Shown: positions 40,800 through 54,899, counted from the first letter of the stretch. The stretch is 64,000 bases of DNA from Eledone cirrhosa (GCA_964016885.1 OZ024741.1:151900001-151964000), one strand, 5' to 3'. Program-made: numbers and translations. The notes: generated by a model from the sequence alone, not told the origin.

Positions 40800-42106
40800 C
40801 AGGGTGTTCGGGATAAATTTGACAGAATAATATTTGGTTGTTTTTTCAGATGTTTTAAATTCATTCATGCCCACTAGGCTTTATTTGAAAGTTTAAACCC
40901 TCCTTCATTCATATATGTGATGACAACGAGAATGGGTGACTGGGGGCCACCTGAATCATGGAAGAGAATAACTTGTATCATGATGATTCGCGCCGGCCAT
41001 CAAAATAAGGAGATTATGATCGCTGCTCAATGCTCCCTGAACACTGTAAAAACAATCCGGCATGAACTGGAGAATTGCAATGGAGACTGCGAGGCTGTGG
41101 CTAGAAGAAAGAAACATAACAGAAGATCAGATTGCTCTCGCACAGCAGAATTCATCGAAAATCTGCAGAAAAAGGTGTTGGAGGACCCTGGCATCGGAAT
41201 TCGGTCTTTGTCGCGTGAATTGAATGTTTCAGCCTCTACTATGAAAATTGCACTCAATGAAGACCTTCGCTGCTACTCATACAAGCGTCGCAGAAGTCAA
41301 CTTCTCACAGAAAAGGCCCGCGAAAATCGTCTGACAAAGGCGAAGAAACTTCTGAGCAAAGTGAAATATCCTGCTGAAGCACAAACAATCTGGTTCTTTT
41401 CCGATGAGAAAAACGTGTGCCAAGATCAAAAACACAACACGCAGAATAACAGATGACCTGCATACAGTCCAAAGGACACTCCTCGAGTCATGCAGACTAA
41501 ATTTTCCCAAACTGTCATGGTTTTTGGATGTGTGTCCTCCGAGGGTGATGTGATGCCTCCGCATTTTTTCAAACAGGGTCTCATGTTGAATTCAGATGCC
41601 TACGTGGAATTGCTAACCACTGTAGTTAAGCCCTGGATAACAAGGGTAGCCAATAATAGGCCGTATGTATGGCAGCAGGATTCGGCCCCCTGCCACACCT
41701 CGGGGAAAAGTCAAAAATGGTTGTCAGCCAATTTTTACGACTACACCAGTCCCAATGTTTGGCTTCCGAACTCCCCTGATCTTAACCCGATGGACTATTA
41801 TGTATGGGGCGCTGTAGAGAAAGACACCAATCGCCGTGCCAGTACTACAAAAGCCCAGTTAATCGACAGAATTAAAGTAGTTTTTGAGGGCCTTCCCAGG
41901 GAAAGTGTAAAATCAGCTTGCTCCAGGTTCTGGGCCCGGATTGAGGCTGTAATAGACGCTAATGGCGGTTATTTTGAGTAAAACTCTTTGATAATAGTGT
42001 AATTTCCTTGTCCATTGAATTTCTTTTAAATCAAATAAATTTTGTAGATTACCAAGCAGTTTTTCTTTTTCCTGATGAAACTGTCAAATTTATCCCGAAC
42101 ACCCTG
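40800..42106 (+). mobile_element. maT (DD37D) Tc1/mariner transposon
   Basis: Perfect 26-bp TIRs CAGGGTGTTCGGGATAAATTTGACAG (40800-40825, 42081-42106); TA on both sides. Confidence 0.95.
40932..41981 (+). pseudogene. DD37D transposase with one in-frame stop (41454-41456)
   Basis: FSDEK, QQDSAPCH, NSPDLNPMDY; 37 residues between the second and third D; both ORF halves in the same frame. Confidence 0.9.
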
Positions 42107-42380
42107 TATATACATATATATATATATATAATTATGTACCTTACTACATACTTATCTCTCTATCTATCAATCTATTTACTTACCTACTTCTGTATTTGTC
42201 TGTCTGTCGGTCAATTAATAGTTATGTAGTTATGTATATATACCACCGCATTTAATTTGGACAAGAACAACAATAGCAATAACAAAGTTCTAATCTCAAT
42301 AGCAGTGCGAATACAGACTGTCAGACCTACTAACTAACTGACTGACAGTCACTGATAGACAGATAGATACGTAGGTATAG

Positions 42381-42459
<79 letters not shown>

Positions 42460-42697
42460 TATATTTCTTTATTAGCCACAAGGGCGCACAAGAAAAGGGG
42501 ACAATACAAAGACATGCCGGGGATTTTACATACAGTCGTGTAAAAAATATAAAAACAAACAATTACAACAATCGAAATCCTCAATAGGGGGGAAGCGCCA
42601 CAAATAAGTTGTTTAATACCCCGTCGATAGAACAACACTCAACTCCAGGAGCGTGTTGTGCAAGTGCTCCTTTCTTCCTTTTGCTCTCTTCTTCAAC

Positions 42698-45600
42698 CTA
42701 CAGGCTTATAAACAGAGAAGGCCCAATCACTCGGGCCATTTTTGCCACATTCACCCACCTTTCAGTAAATGTACTGGGGTGCAGTGCCTCTCTCTCCACT
42801 CTGATTCTCCTTCTAAAGTGATACTTAAAGAAGGGAATCAATTGTTGTCCGGAGAGAAAGGCATCTGTCCTCAGTCCTCTCAATCTCGTCCACCATATAA
42901 CTTCTTTCACCATAGCCACCGTACAGAGGAAAACCGCCCCTCTTTCGTTTTTGAAAGAGGCTGGCGGTTTGATCCTTACTATGGACTCGGCAGTCAACTG
43001 GATTCGTCCCATACGCGACAGCAGTTGTTCCACATAGTTCCACAGGTCGGTTACGCCCGGGCAGTGTACAATTGCGTGCAAGACAGTTTCAATGTCCTGC
43101 GCGCATCTTGGACACGTCCTCTTGGAAGGATCCCTGCCTGGGCGTCCGCGCCTGTAGATCTTGTCACGAACCGGTAGAGCTCCTCTGTAGCACTGCCAGG
43201 CCAGGGACTTCTGGAAGTTGTCCATAGGTGCCGGGCGGAATGTCCTACCAAACAGACTGGTGAGCTCATCGTCTTCGACGCCCAGAGTCTCTCCGAGCAC
43301 GTCGTCGCCCTTGTAACGTACAATCCCTCTATAGAATGTCGAAGTGGAGTCTCCACTGATTGCTGCGCCCGCTTGCCAGAAGACTGTGAGCGCCTAAGTG
43401 CATTCAATGTGCCAGGGGCCCATCGTTTTCGGTTTTTTCTTGACCCAGGACTGCAGCGCCGTCAGCGAGACGAGCTGTGGGAAAGCCTGTCTCACAAACG
43501 GTGCCCACACCGGTTGGGGGTCGGTGAGGAATACCTGGAGATGCCGCAGCCTCAGCGCATGTTTGCGCATTATCAGCCACGGCATTCCCGGCCCTCCGTT
43601 GGAAGGGTGCTGACAGCAGACGGATCTCCTCACCAGCGGAGCCGGCTTCTTCCACAGAAACTGGAAGAGTATGCATTCCATCTTGGCGAGGTGTTCACGG
43701 GGACAAGGCACGACAGTCAAGCAGTAGTAGATGACGGACGCTATGAAAGTGTTCGCCACCTCCGCTCGAGCTTTCAAGGACAGTTTGCACTCTGCCCACT
43801 TCTGGGTGAGTGCAAACACCTTGGCCGTGACCTCGTTCCAGTTTTTCTCCACCTGGAGGTCTGGACCGAACCAGACTCCGAGCAATTCACCGGTCCGTCC
43901 GTCCAGCGTCCAACGACGCTGTCGGACGTCATCCGTTCGCCTCTCCACGTACCGAGTTGCAAACCGACAGACTTGTCCGGGTTTAGTTTTGCTCCCGTCA
44001 GCGTTTCGTATTCTTTCAGTAAGTTGTCGATCACCTGGATTTCCGAGGTGCTCGACACCATTACCGTCACGTCATCGGCATAAACCGACGCCGCTTTGCG
44101 CAGTCCCGGTTCTAGAGGGATGCCCTGCAACAGCTCCAATTTCTGCAGTAGTGTCTCTAGAGTCAATACGTACAGAATGGAGGAGAGAGGGCACCCCTGT
44201 CGAATGGAACGCGTGATTGCGAACGGCTCCGATAAGTAGCCGTTCACCTTGACTCTAGAGAGCAGAAGCTGCTGTGCATCGCCTCGATCCAGCCTCTGAA
44301 AACGGGACCGAAACCGGCCGCCTTGAGAACCGCTTCCAAGTATCGATGGTCGACCCTATCGAATGCCTTAGACTGATCCAAATTGATCAGAGCCCCACCG
44401 AAGCCGGGTTTACTACCCACCCTCACTATGATGTATCACATGAGGTGGCGGTTGTCGTGTATGGACCTGGTCGGGATTGCACACGTTTGCGCTTTCCCTA
44501 CCAGGTTTTCGACGACAAGCGCCAACCTCGTCGCTAGCACCTTGGCCAAAATCTTTAACTCTGTTTTGAGCAGAGTTATGGGCCTGAAGTTGTTAATTTC
44601 GTCCCCCTTGTTCTCGTCTTTCCTGATCAGCTTTACTACGCCCTTGCCTGCAGAACTGGGAATTCTCTCGATCTGCTGCCAATTGCAGTAGACGGCTTCG
44701 AGGACGCCAGAGAACAAGTCCGGCAAGCCTATGTAAAATTCGTAGGGTAGACCATCTAGACCGGTTGACTTGCGTTTCCCGTAGCGGCCCAGAGCGTCCC
44801 GTATCTCAGTGTTCGTGATCGGTCTTTCGCAGAACTCGGCGTCCGTGTTCGAGAGACGGTGCAGGCCGTCGAGGTATGATCTAAAGTCCATTGCCACGTT
44901 CGGCTCACCGTCGTTTTGCTCAAACAGTCGCGTAAAGTGCTCTTGAAAGGCCGCGCACATTTGCTTGGGGTCAAGTAGCACGCGTCCGTTTTGGTCTTTC
45001 AAAGACCGAATCGTGGACTTGTTGCCACTTTTCGCCTCCGCGACTCGGGCCCAGCTGACAGCTTTCACTCCTTCGTTTCCTAGAGCATGTGTTTTGCTTC
45101 TGACCACGCAGCCTTCGTGTTTCGCATCGAAGAACTGGTCCAGTGCCGTTCTCAACGCTAACACTCTAGCCGCGTTGCCACTTCTAAGTGCCTCCTCTAC
45201 CTTGGCTACTAGTTCTCTTTCTATTTTGTTTTTCTCGAAGGCTAACTCTCTGCTAAACCCTATCGATTCTATTCTAATTGCTTTCTTGAGAGAGTACCAC
45301 CATTTATTGTTGATGATGGCTCCCGTTAACTGTTGGTTGACTAGTCTACTTATCCGTTCACTGTAAGCTTTACGTGTCGGCAACGGCACGTTCAGCTTCC
45401 AGTATCCGGGTCCTTGTCTATGTGTTCTATCACGGTTGACTAAGCAGACGACTAATTTGTGATCTGAATAGGCAACCATGTGCATTCGTGGACAGCTTAA
45501 CATCTCCTTGTCCCTTTCTCTAATGAAGAACCTATCTAAATACGATCTAGATGTTCCACTGCGGTTTGCCCACGTCCACTGGGGTGCAGTCGGGAAATCC

Positions 45601-46145
45601 AGTCGATACCTATCGGCCAGTTGGAATTGGACGATTAAAGTTTTGAGGCTGTTACATCCCCCTCTACTGGGACATGCTCCCACATAGTCCCATCGCGCAT
45701 CTAGGATACCATTCCAGTCCCCCACTAAAAGTAAGGAGCGAGACGTTCCCAGAAAAGACTCTAGATGCTTAAAGAAGTCTGGCTGTGATTGCGATTGCCC
45801 GGTCGGGGCATAAACGGCCACCAGTCTGAAGGCTCCACCTCCAATACTGTTCACGTCTAGGACTACCAGTCTACCCTCCGGGTCCAAGTGTACTTGTTGT
45901 ACTTCGACGTCTAGGTTCTTCCGAAACATGACAGCCACTCCCCCTCCACCTCCTGGCTGACAGAGAGATGCGTAGATCTCAAAGTCGTCGAAGATGGGGA
46001 TTTGTTGCTGCCTGTTGTGGATCCTGGACTCGGTGATGGCTATCACATCAATACCGTGTGACCTAAGGTCGTTTAAAAGTTAGCCCTGTTTCCATGGCAT
46101 CCCTAGGCCACGCACATTCACGCTTCCAACTCGTAAACTAGCCGT
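42698..46145 (-). pseudogene. Tx1 ORF2 (AP endonuclease, RT, C-terminal Zn), disrupted
   Basis: VNVRG, VYAP, GDWN, LDR, SDH; DQSKAFDRV, RQGCPLS, YADDV; CPRC..H..C; several stops and frameshifts. Confidence 0.92.
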
Positions 46146-46370
46146 GTTGGTGAAGAAAAGTTGAAGAAAAAGGACGAAAGGTGCACTTACCTTTTCGTTT
46201 GCTGGAGATTGGGTTGTTCAATCTCCATTTGGGTGCTGGATGGGGTGTTGGGTGGGGTGGGGAAACATTTTAACAGGACGTGGTTGATGGGTTTCTGGCA
46301 GGGGTTGCCCACGTCCTGTGAAAATTTATTTTTCAGGTCATTATAGGTTTCCATAGAAACCCTTATAAGT

Positions 46371-47691
46371 TTAAGGTTTGGAGACGATTCTGCCTTGACG
46401 AAATTTTGCCTCCGTTTCCACCTTGGGGTTTTGGGAGATGGCTTCCATCAAACTCTTGTTATTTGTGTTGATGTAAGCGTATTGTTGTTTGTGTTTTTGT
46501 TGTGTTGTTTTAGTTTGTTGTTCGTCCGGGAGTTTTCTTTTTATGGTGGGTGCTTGTGTTTGGGTGGTTTTGCTGGTAGGGGGATGTTTAACTGTGGTGT
46601 TGTTTGTGTCTGTGGTTGTGTGTTGGTGATTGGAGTTTTGGTGGTTTTGTGGTGTCTCTTTTTTGTTTTTTAGATTTCCGCGGCTCTCCCTCTTCTTCAC
46701 TTAAAGAAGGAGAAGCAGCTTCATCCGTCGATGAATAATCATCGTCAGGAGTGTGGGGTAGGGGTATGTTGTGTGGTGGTGGTGTTTCGGTGTGTGTGTT
46801 TGTGGGAGTGTTTGATGGAGTGGGATAGGGTGGGGCTGTGTTCTTCATGAGTGTTGTCTTCTGTTGTTGTTAGTTGAGTGGCTGTTTGTTTTGGTGTGGT
46901 TGCTCGTTTCGTCTGTCATTGTACTTGTGGTGGTGGTTGTTGTTTTGGTGTTGGTGTTGGTAATAGTGTTTTTTTTAATGATGTTGTGGTGTGTTTGTGA
47001 AGGACAGGAGGCTTTTAGGTGTGCTGTGCTACCACAGTGAAAGCAATGAATTTTTCGTCCTAGTTCCGAAATGTTTATTTTGTTGTTGTCGTCGATGACG
47101 ACTCTTTCGGATATTTTGGAGATTCCCTCCGGCCTCATTTGCAACAGAATTTCCAAATCAGTACCCGCCCACCTTTGTCGAATAGACTTTCGTATCGAAA
47201 GAATCATATCAGTTTCTGGCTCTACGAATCCAGCCAAGAGCCACCAGATTTTAATGTTTGGGGGGTATATTTTTTATTTTTATTTTTTGTGTCCTTTTTC
47301 CCATGTATGTAGGGAGAAAGGTGAATGCTTTTGACACTATTGGTGTCACAGAATGTTTTAGGGCGAGTGCCTCGCTTTTAAACAGTACGAAAACACTTCC
47401 GTACTGTTTTCCTCGTTGGAGAAAGTCGATATTTGCTAGAATTTCCTTGAAAGTAGCTTCTATATCTGTTTGACTATCAAATATCGGTTTTCTCGTGGTA
47501 TTGGATACAGTCCTAAAGATCACTGTCCTTCGAACTGTGTCTTCTTTTATTTCAAGGGGTGAGTTAATTCTAAACCTACCTTTCTCTTCAAAAGTTACAA
47601 ATTTTCTCCCTTGCTGGAGCATATCTCTTGCATTAGAGATGTCAAGATTTATAAAATCTTGTTTTTTGTTCATAGTTTCAGCGAAAGACAT
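46371..47691 (-). pseudogene. Tx1 ORF1 (gag-like, zinc knuckle), frameshifted
   Basis: MSFAE start, CFHCGSTAHLKASC, low-complexity Thr/Pro-rich tail. Confidence 0.75.
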
Positions 47692-48256
47692 TTTTTGTGT
47701 GTGGTGTTGCTGTTGTTGTTGTTGTTGTTGTTGTTATCGTTGTTAGCCTCGGTGTTGGAAATCTCAGTTCCTTGACGAGGTGAAACTTTATGTAACATGT
47801 ATCTGTGGAGTTGTTGATATTGACTTTTTCATGTGTATGTATGTTAATAGATTTAATTCCTGAGTTCCTGAGTTTTCATTTCTCTCCGCTTCGACGGTAG
47901 AAATTGTACAATCATCAAATGGCAATATTTTTTTCCCTTTGTTGACAGTCGTATCTATGGCGACGTCCATAGTAGCAGAAGCAGATATAACGTTAAAATC
48001 TGCCTCTTTTTTCTCTCTTTTCTCTGTCGACGTTCTCCAGCGTTCTTTCCGTGTTGTTCATGTTTTATAGTTGGCAATTTTAAAACAATTTTTTAATTAA
48101 ATTTTCGCCCCTGAAGGGGCGAAAAATGGGATTACCACCAGCTGCCAATTCAGCTTGAGGGTTAATCTACAAAATAATATGTTTTTTCACAATTTGTTCT
48201 GTTTTTCGTATATATAATTACAAAAAATCTTAGTGGCGATGTTCTACGCGTCTAGC

Positions 48257-48351
<95 letters not shown>

Positions 48352-48852
48352 GTTTGTGAAGAGTTTGATATAGTTTCTCAGTCTATATATGTCTCTATGT
48401 CTGTATATCAGTTTCAGTGATTGGGTGTGTGTATAAAATCAAATTAAATTGGTCGAAATGACTAAACAGCGACATCAAAATGAAGGACAAATTTAAAAAT
48501 AGCTTTGACGCCATCTTTATGAAAATCGTTGTCAGGTTAGCGACTGAATTTCTTCATTAGATAGAGGTGTTTACATAGAATACAGGACTGCAGGCTTAGC
48601 TTATCGATTGAGCTTTATCCAGTCTAGTAAGTATATTATCGACCATTTTGCTAAAGAGACAAATCAAAATGCCTTAGAAAATGAACAAAATAAAAAAAAA
48701 AGAACCAGAAAGCCAATGTTTCCTCTGCCGCATCTTTAGATCTGCTTTGACCTCTTAGCCTTGCCAATTCAATTGCAATATATGTGTATATATATATACA
48801 CACACACACAAATTATACATGTAGACTTAGCCTGGCCAACGCTGGCCGAAAT

Positions 48853-48869
48853 CTATCATGTTATCAAAG

Positions 48870-48902
<33 letters not shown>

Positions 48903-48989
48903 TATAGATATATTATATATATATATTATATATATATTTGTTAAAATAATTTATTATTATTACTATATATTATATCATGTTATCAAAGT

Positions 48990-49045
<56 letters not shown>

Positions 49046-49110
49046 ATTATATATATATTTGTTAAAATAATTTATTATTATTACTATATATTATATCATG
49101 TTATCAAAGT

Positions 49111-49158
<48 letters not shown>

Positions 49159-49200
49159 TTATTAAAATAATTTATTATCTATTATTATTACTATATATTA
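48853..49200. repeat. Three ~120-bp AT-rich tandem units
   Basis: TATCATGTTATCAAAGTTATA at about 48854, 48973 and 49093. Confidence 0.75.
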
Positions 49201-49216
49201 TACATATATCTATCTC

Positions 49217-49261
<45 letters not shown>

Positions 49262-49289
49262 TTGGTATGTGGTTTTTCTCACAGATGTG

Positions 49290-50495
49290 AGCTGTAATCT
49301 ATGATGCTGTGGTCACTTCCAACCGACCAACGTGACCACTTCCTAAGCTAAACGAGAAACTTAATTACATTCACAAGGAAGGACTCATGCCACCCTCCCA
49401 CTGTTTTTAGAAACTTCGTTAAGAATATCAGTACTAGAATCTCAAACCTCTCCTCTAATAAGGCTATCTTTGACAGAGTGACACCCTACCATAACACGGC
49501 GTTGGCTAACAGCGGCTTCTCACAATCTATCACCTACTCTCCCACTAGCAACAACACCATTAAAAAAAGTAACGCATCAATAGACAAACTATCTGGTTCT
49601 CTCGTCCCTTCTCACTCAACGTTAAAACCAATGTAGGAAAAAATATTCTAGCCCTCTTAGATAGACACTTCCCCACAGGTCATAAATACCGCTCCATCTT
49701 TAACCGACACAAAGTTAAACTAGGATACTCCTGCGCTAAGAACATGAAGGCCCACATCACCAGCAGCCCTAGGAGCAACACCCCACCAGGGTGCTCTTGC
49801 CGTAAGCCTAAAGCTTGCCCCCTTCAACAACAATGCAACACACCAGCTGTAATCTATGAAGCTGTGGTCACTTCCAACCGACCAAACGAACCACAGGAGG
49901 TCAAATCCTATGTGGGCATAGCGGAGGGCCGATTCAAGGAGCGTTTCCTGAACCACCAGTCTACCTTCAGATACCCGGACAGACGTTCATCCACGAAACT
50001 CGCGAGCCACGTATGGTCCCTCAAGGACTCAAGTATAGGGTACCCCATTCAATAGAAAGCCATCACTAAGTCCAAGCCATACGCAAGGGGAAATCCGACG
50101 TGTGGCTTATGTATTGACGAACGAACCTATCCTAAAGAGATTACGCAATAGTGATTGCCTAAACACGAGAAGTTAATTTTTCACACGTTGTCCACACGTC
50201 ACCAAACATCTATTACATAACTAAAAGGCTCTGGACTGATTCTTTGTAATTTTATTTTTAAATATTTTTATTTTATTTTCAACCAAAAAACTTTCTGAAC
50301 TTTCGCACTTATCTCCCTTACACCCCCCGCACGCAGTCTACTATTGCCTGTGTGAAGTGACCGAGTTTCTGCGCATGCGCGTTCGTACGGTTGTCCTTCC
50401 TGTTCCTATAACCATATACATCCCGAGCTGAAGATCCGCGAAGGTGAAACAATTGTTCTCGGTATGGTGAGCTAACTGTTGTGTAACCACTTCTA
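49290..50495 (+). mobile_element. Penelope-like element 3' part (GIY-YIG; probably Naiad-type)
   Basis: IWF..PFSLNVKTNVGK, CSCR..CPL..C..VIYEA..YVG..EG.FK.RF.NH, CGLC; followed by an HHR. Confidence 0.8.
50423..50462 (+). ncRNA. Minimal hammerhead in PLE 3' region
   Basis: CCGAG-CTGAAGA-T-CC gcgaa GG-T-GAAAC-AATT-GTT-CTCGG. Confidence 0.8.
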
Positions 50496-50534
50496 TATAT
50501 ATATATTTATATATATATATATATATATCTATCT

Positions 50535-50715
50535 AAGGCGGGTAAAATTCCCGAGATCCATGGACGAGTTCTCTCCAGCGGTCTCTGTCCCTCATTATCG
50601 CTGCCATATCCTGCATCTCCAACAGACCAGTGTCTGTCCTTAGGGCATCAACATACGTTAACCTTGGTCTTCCTCTTCTAGTGTGTCCATGTAGGGGCTC
50701 CCAAAGGATATATTT
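50535..50715 (-). mobile_element. RTE-like LINE 3' end
   Basis: LWEP.HGHTRRGRPRLTYVD..RDRDRWRELV. Confidence 0.7.
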
Positions 50716-50739
50716 TATCATATATATATATATATATGT

Positions 50740-53620
50740 AAAAGGTAAACAGAAATAACAACACAGTCGGTGCAGTATATGGAAGGTATATATTAGGTTA
50801 ACGCTTGATATAGCTGGAAGAGGGTCTTAACGTTTTGGACGCTAGTCCTTCATCAGAGGAAAGAATGAGAAATAAGATAGATTGAGGGGACGGGCGAGTT
50901 GGAATTGGAAAAAATGACTTTAGATAAAAATAACAGGTCCATTCATGTTGACATCTCTTGCAAAACTGTTGGTGCTGGCGTTTTGTGTATGATTTATTTT
51001 TAGAAAAGTGGATGATGGAGCGCGTCTACCTGAAATGGAAAAAAAACGCTTTGTAAAAAGAGCTATACTTGTGCACGTGCGTAACATATGTGTGTGTGTG
51101 TGTGTTATTATGCGTCCGTACGAAACTAAGAAGAAATATGTGTGTATATGTCAGTAAAAGAGTGGGTGTGCATGTAAGTACGAAGCTATGAGCAAAAGTA
51201 TGTTAATATAAGGGTGTATATGTGTGTATACAAAGCAGTGAAGGGAAACGTGGAGTGAGCATATATAGTCGGCCTGTATTAGGTGTCAGAGAAGTTGTTA
51301 ATAATCAAGAGAAAGCGATAGGAATCTAGGGGTGTGATAATAGACGGAGTATTAGATAAATTGGGGAGGTGAGTGGAATAGGACCCAAGGCGGTGAATCA
51401 GACTTTGTTCAGTCCTGGTGCGCGAGGCCTGTGATCCATGAGGACACCCAGGACTGAAACAAGTAGGGAAGAATGACCAGGAGAACAGAAATGACAGGCA
51501 ACAGGAGTATCCAAACCGAATAGAAGTCCCTCAAATGCTCGGCAAAACGGTCTGCCAGAAGGTCCCGTTTGTCCGATATATAAAGACGCGCAAAGAGAAC
51601 ATCGGAGGGCATAGACAACATGGGTGGATGTGCAGGTGAACGAGTGGCGGATCCGGAATGACCCGTTAGGGCCTGTAAGAGTGGTGAGGGTGGAAATGAA
51701 GGGACAAGTGTTGCAGCGGGAACGGGAACAAGGATGAGAGTCGGATGGAGTCGTGGGAGAGGACGAGAAGAAACTGCGAACCAGGAGGTCTTGGAGGTTG
51801 CGGGCGCGCTTAAAAGCAGTGATGGGTGGGTTTGGAAAAAAGTGAGAAGTGACGGGGTCAGAAGAGAGGATGCGGAAAAAATGGAGGATATGTGGCCGGA
51901 GTAGTAGGGTGATGGGGTGGTAGGTGAGAGAAAAAGGAACGCGTGTGTTGGGAGGGCAGGTGTGAGGGCTGTGGTGCGGTCTGTTTCACGGGCACCGGTG
52001 AGAGCAGCTTGGATCAGGGTGGGGGGTGGGGGGGGATATCCACGTTGGATGAAGCGGGAAGCCATGCGTACGGAATGGGTTTCGAAATCGTCGTCCTGGC
52101 TACAGAGCCGACGAAGGCGGAGGAATTGGGAATAGGGTATGGAGTGTTTGGTGTGGGTTGGATGGGAAGAGGTGAAGTCGAGGTAAGATTGGGCGTCTGT
52201 TGGTTTAATGAAGATGGAAGTAGAGAGGGTGTGTTAAGAATGATTAATAGATAGAGAGATACATAGAAAAGCGACAGAAGAATTGGAGACGGAGGCGGTG
52301 AAAGTGAGAGCAGGATGGAAAGATAGGACAAAATAAAGAAAGCAGTCGAGCTGTTCTCGTGATAGAGAGGTGGCGCCGATACAGTCGTCGATATAACGAC
52401 CGTATAGCTCAGGAGTCGGTCCAGCATATTGGAAGTAGATCTGGGCTTCGACGTAGCCAACAAACAAGTTGGCATAGTTTGGACCCATTCTGGTTCCCAT
52501 CGCTACCCCAGAGACCTGCTGATAAAATTTACCCCAAAAAGAAAACCATTGAGGGTGAGAACAAGCTCAGCCAGACGGAGAATAGTGGTAGTGCTGGGGT
52601 AAGGGGTAGGGATTAAATCTAAAAAATGCTGGATAGTGCGGAGGCCCTCATCGTGAGGAATGACGGTATAGAGAGAGGTGATGTCCAGGGTAAAGAGAAG
52701 GCCGGAGGGACCAGGAGGGAAGGAGAAGGAGTTGAAGAGTCCAAGGGTATGATTTGTATTGTGGATGTGGGAGGGGAGATTGCCGACCAACGGGGCGAGG
52801 ATGGTGTCTAAATATTCAGATATATCTCGGTGGGGCAGTTGCACGCAGAAACGATAGGACGGCCGGGATTATTTTGTTTGTGTATTTTGGAGAGGAAGTA
52901 GATGTGGGTGTGCGAGGGGTGCGTACAATAAGGTTGGTGGCTGTAGGAGAGGTAAGCGCTCCAAACCACCACAGCGCCACCTTTGTCAGCGGGTTTGATG
53001 ACAATGTCATCGCGACGCTGAAGGTTGCGAAGAGCGGAGAGCTCAGTCCGCGTGATGTTAGAGCGACGAGAATGCTGGTGGAAACAACAGATTCACAGTA
53101 CGCCGGCAAGTATCGACAAAGGAGTCGAGGGTGCTGAACTGGCCAGGGTTCGGCGTCCAATGTGATTGCCGGCGACTGAGACGAGTGAAGTCATCCATCT
53201 GTGTCGATGATGGCGTGTAGTGAAAAAAAATTTTCAGCTTTAATCGACGGAAGAATCCTTCAATATCTGCACATGTGCCGAACTCGTCGCAGGTCGATGT
53301 GGTCGATGTGGTTGGTATAAAACGCAAACCACGGGCGAGGAGGGAGCGCTCAGCTTCGGAGAGTGGTAGGCCTTGGGGTATGGTGACCATAGTGCAGGGA
53401 GGTGAGGGAGTGAAAGAGGCGGAGGCGGGGGGGTTAAGGTGGTTGGGAAAGGCGTGTGCAGATTCAGTGGTGGGGAGATGAAAGGGGGTGGTAGGTGACG
53501 GGATAGAGGGTTAGGGTTGGAGGTGATATGAGTATGGGGGTGACGGCAGGCGGGGAGAATCGAGTTTGTGTTTTTTTATGGAAGTGAGGAAAATGATAAC
53601 AAGGTATCGTTTAAGGTAAT
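50740..53620 (-). mobile_element. Degraded Penelope-like element (Neptune-like): RT, GIY-YIG and 3' terminal region
   Basis: LDITSLYTVIPH, MGTRMGPNYANLFVG, RYIDD, YSQFLRLRRLCS, Cys-containing linker, DRFAEH. Confidence 0.85.
50825..50860 (-). ncRNA. Hammerhead with G12A core change
   Basis: CTGATGA-A-GGAC tagc GTCC-AAAACGTT. Confidence 0.6.
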
Positions 53621-53724
53621 CCAGATAGAGGTTATGAGTGCTCTGTGTCGAGGATAGTTTTAACGTACGGCGCTATTTGACTCAACAAGAAGTTTCCTTC
53701 ATTCTTTTGCTATATATATATATA

Positions 53725-53930
53725 TATTAATAAGAACGATAAAGTTTCGTTTACGTATATTTATAATGTTATTGTGTATCGCGCGTTTCGCAGAGGATTG
53801 GTTTAGGGTCACCCATAGAAGCTATGGCCTTGACTGTATTATCGATCTGCTCTTCTGCTAGCGATGTGACAAAATATATAAAATTCTAAATACATTTAAA
53901 CGAAACTCCATCGTTCGTATTAATATATAC
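53725..53930. repeat. Foldback fragment enclosing a variant hammerhead-like fold (53778-53860, minus)
   Basis: Inverted arms; CAGAAGA-GCAGA..CCATAG/CTATGG..TCTGC-GAAACGCG. Confidence 0.5.
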
Positions 53931-54899
53931 GCTTTTCCTGTGCATCAAGTGCTTGGTTTGGTACCACAACTAGTAATTCACTGAATCTCATACACTATAT
54001 AAATATAAATACCAAACATAAGGATGTTTTGTATTTATAGGGAAATTTCTTAATTGAAATCACTTCATGTCGCTTGCGTCCTAAATTCGTTTTACATAAA
54101 AACCACATAGGCAAAAATACGGATATATTTAGGGGTTGAACAGCTTGATACTTTTTGAATGCTATGCTGAAAAAATAAAGAAAATTATTTCAAAACTTGT
54201 CCCTTTTCGTCTTACATGCAGGAGACGTTTCTACCGTTTATAGGATCCTAAATGAAAAAGAAATTAACCATCGTTGGTTAAAGTTCCTGCTGTTGAGGAT
54301 TATAAGGATAGTGGAGCATAAATATTTAAAGTAAAGAGAACTAAGGTTTACAAATTAAATACATCTTTAATATCTACGAAAGCTTCTTTACAGATAAGCG
54401 TAGATGCATATGCAAAAACCGAATCAATCTTTTATATCTAATTAACATTTATTTACACAATACACAAAACAGCTGCATATCATCAGGATTATTAAGGATT
54501 GAATTTATATTACTTTGTTTATATTTTATCATCATTTTTGAACCCGTTCCATCTTTATATCTCTATCCGTATTGTAACGGCTTTCCCAACACCCTCTTTA
54601 TTATTCATTATATACCCCACAAAGCTTTATATAACCTATACCATTATGTATATATGTATGTATGTAAGTATGTGTGTTCTTCTGGTTTTGTAATTTCACA
54701 AATGTTTGCCAATAGAGATAGAGAGAGTCGGTTTCTAACATAGGGTCAAGACTTTCTCATTGGAATTTACACATCAACTAGGTAGATATGTATGCATGTC
54801 TGCATGTATGCATGTGTAGATATGGATGTTATTGTATGTGTGGATGTGGATGTTTTGAGTTGTATGTGTGCATGTGTATATGTGCATGTGTATATGCTT

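Larger units (their letters stand above)
42462..48255 (-). mobile_element. Near-full-length Tx1-clade LINE
   Basis: ORF1 with CCHC knuckle, ORF2 with EN, RT and Zn region, 3' GCCCTTGTGGCTAATAAAGAAA; both ends adjoin GATA/GACA microsatellite. Confidence 0.9.

Noticed and set aside
48100-48255. HDV-like ribozyme at the Tx1 5' end
   Set aside because: Could not build the nested double pseudoknot; only a simple hairpin is evident
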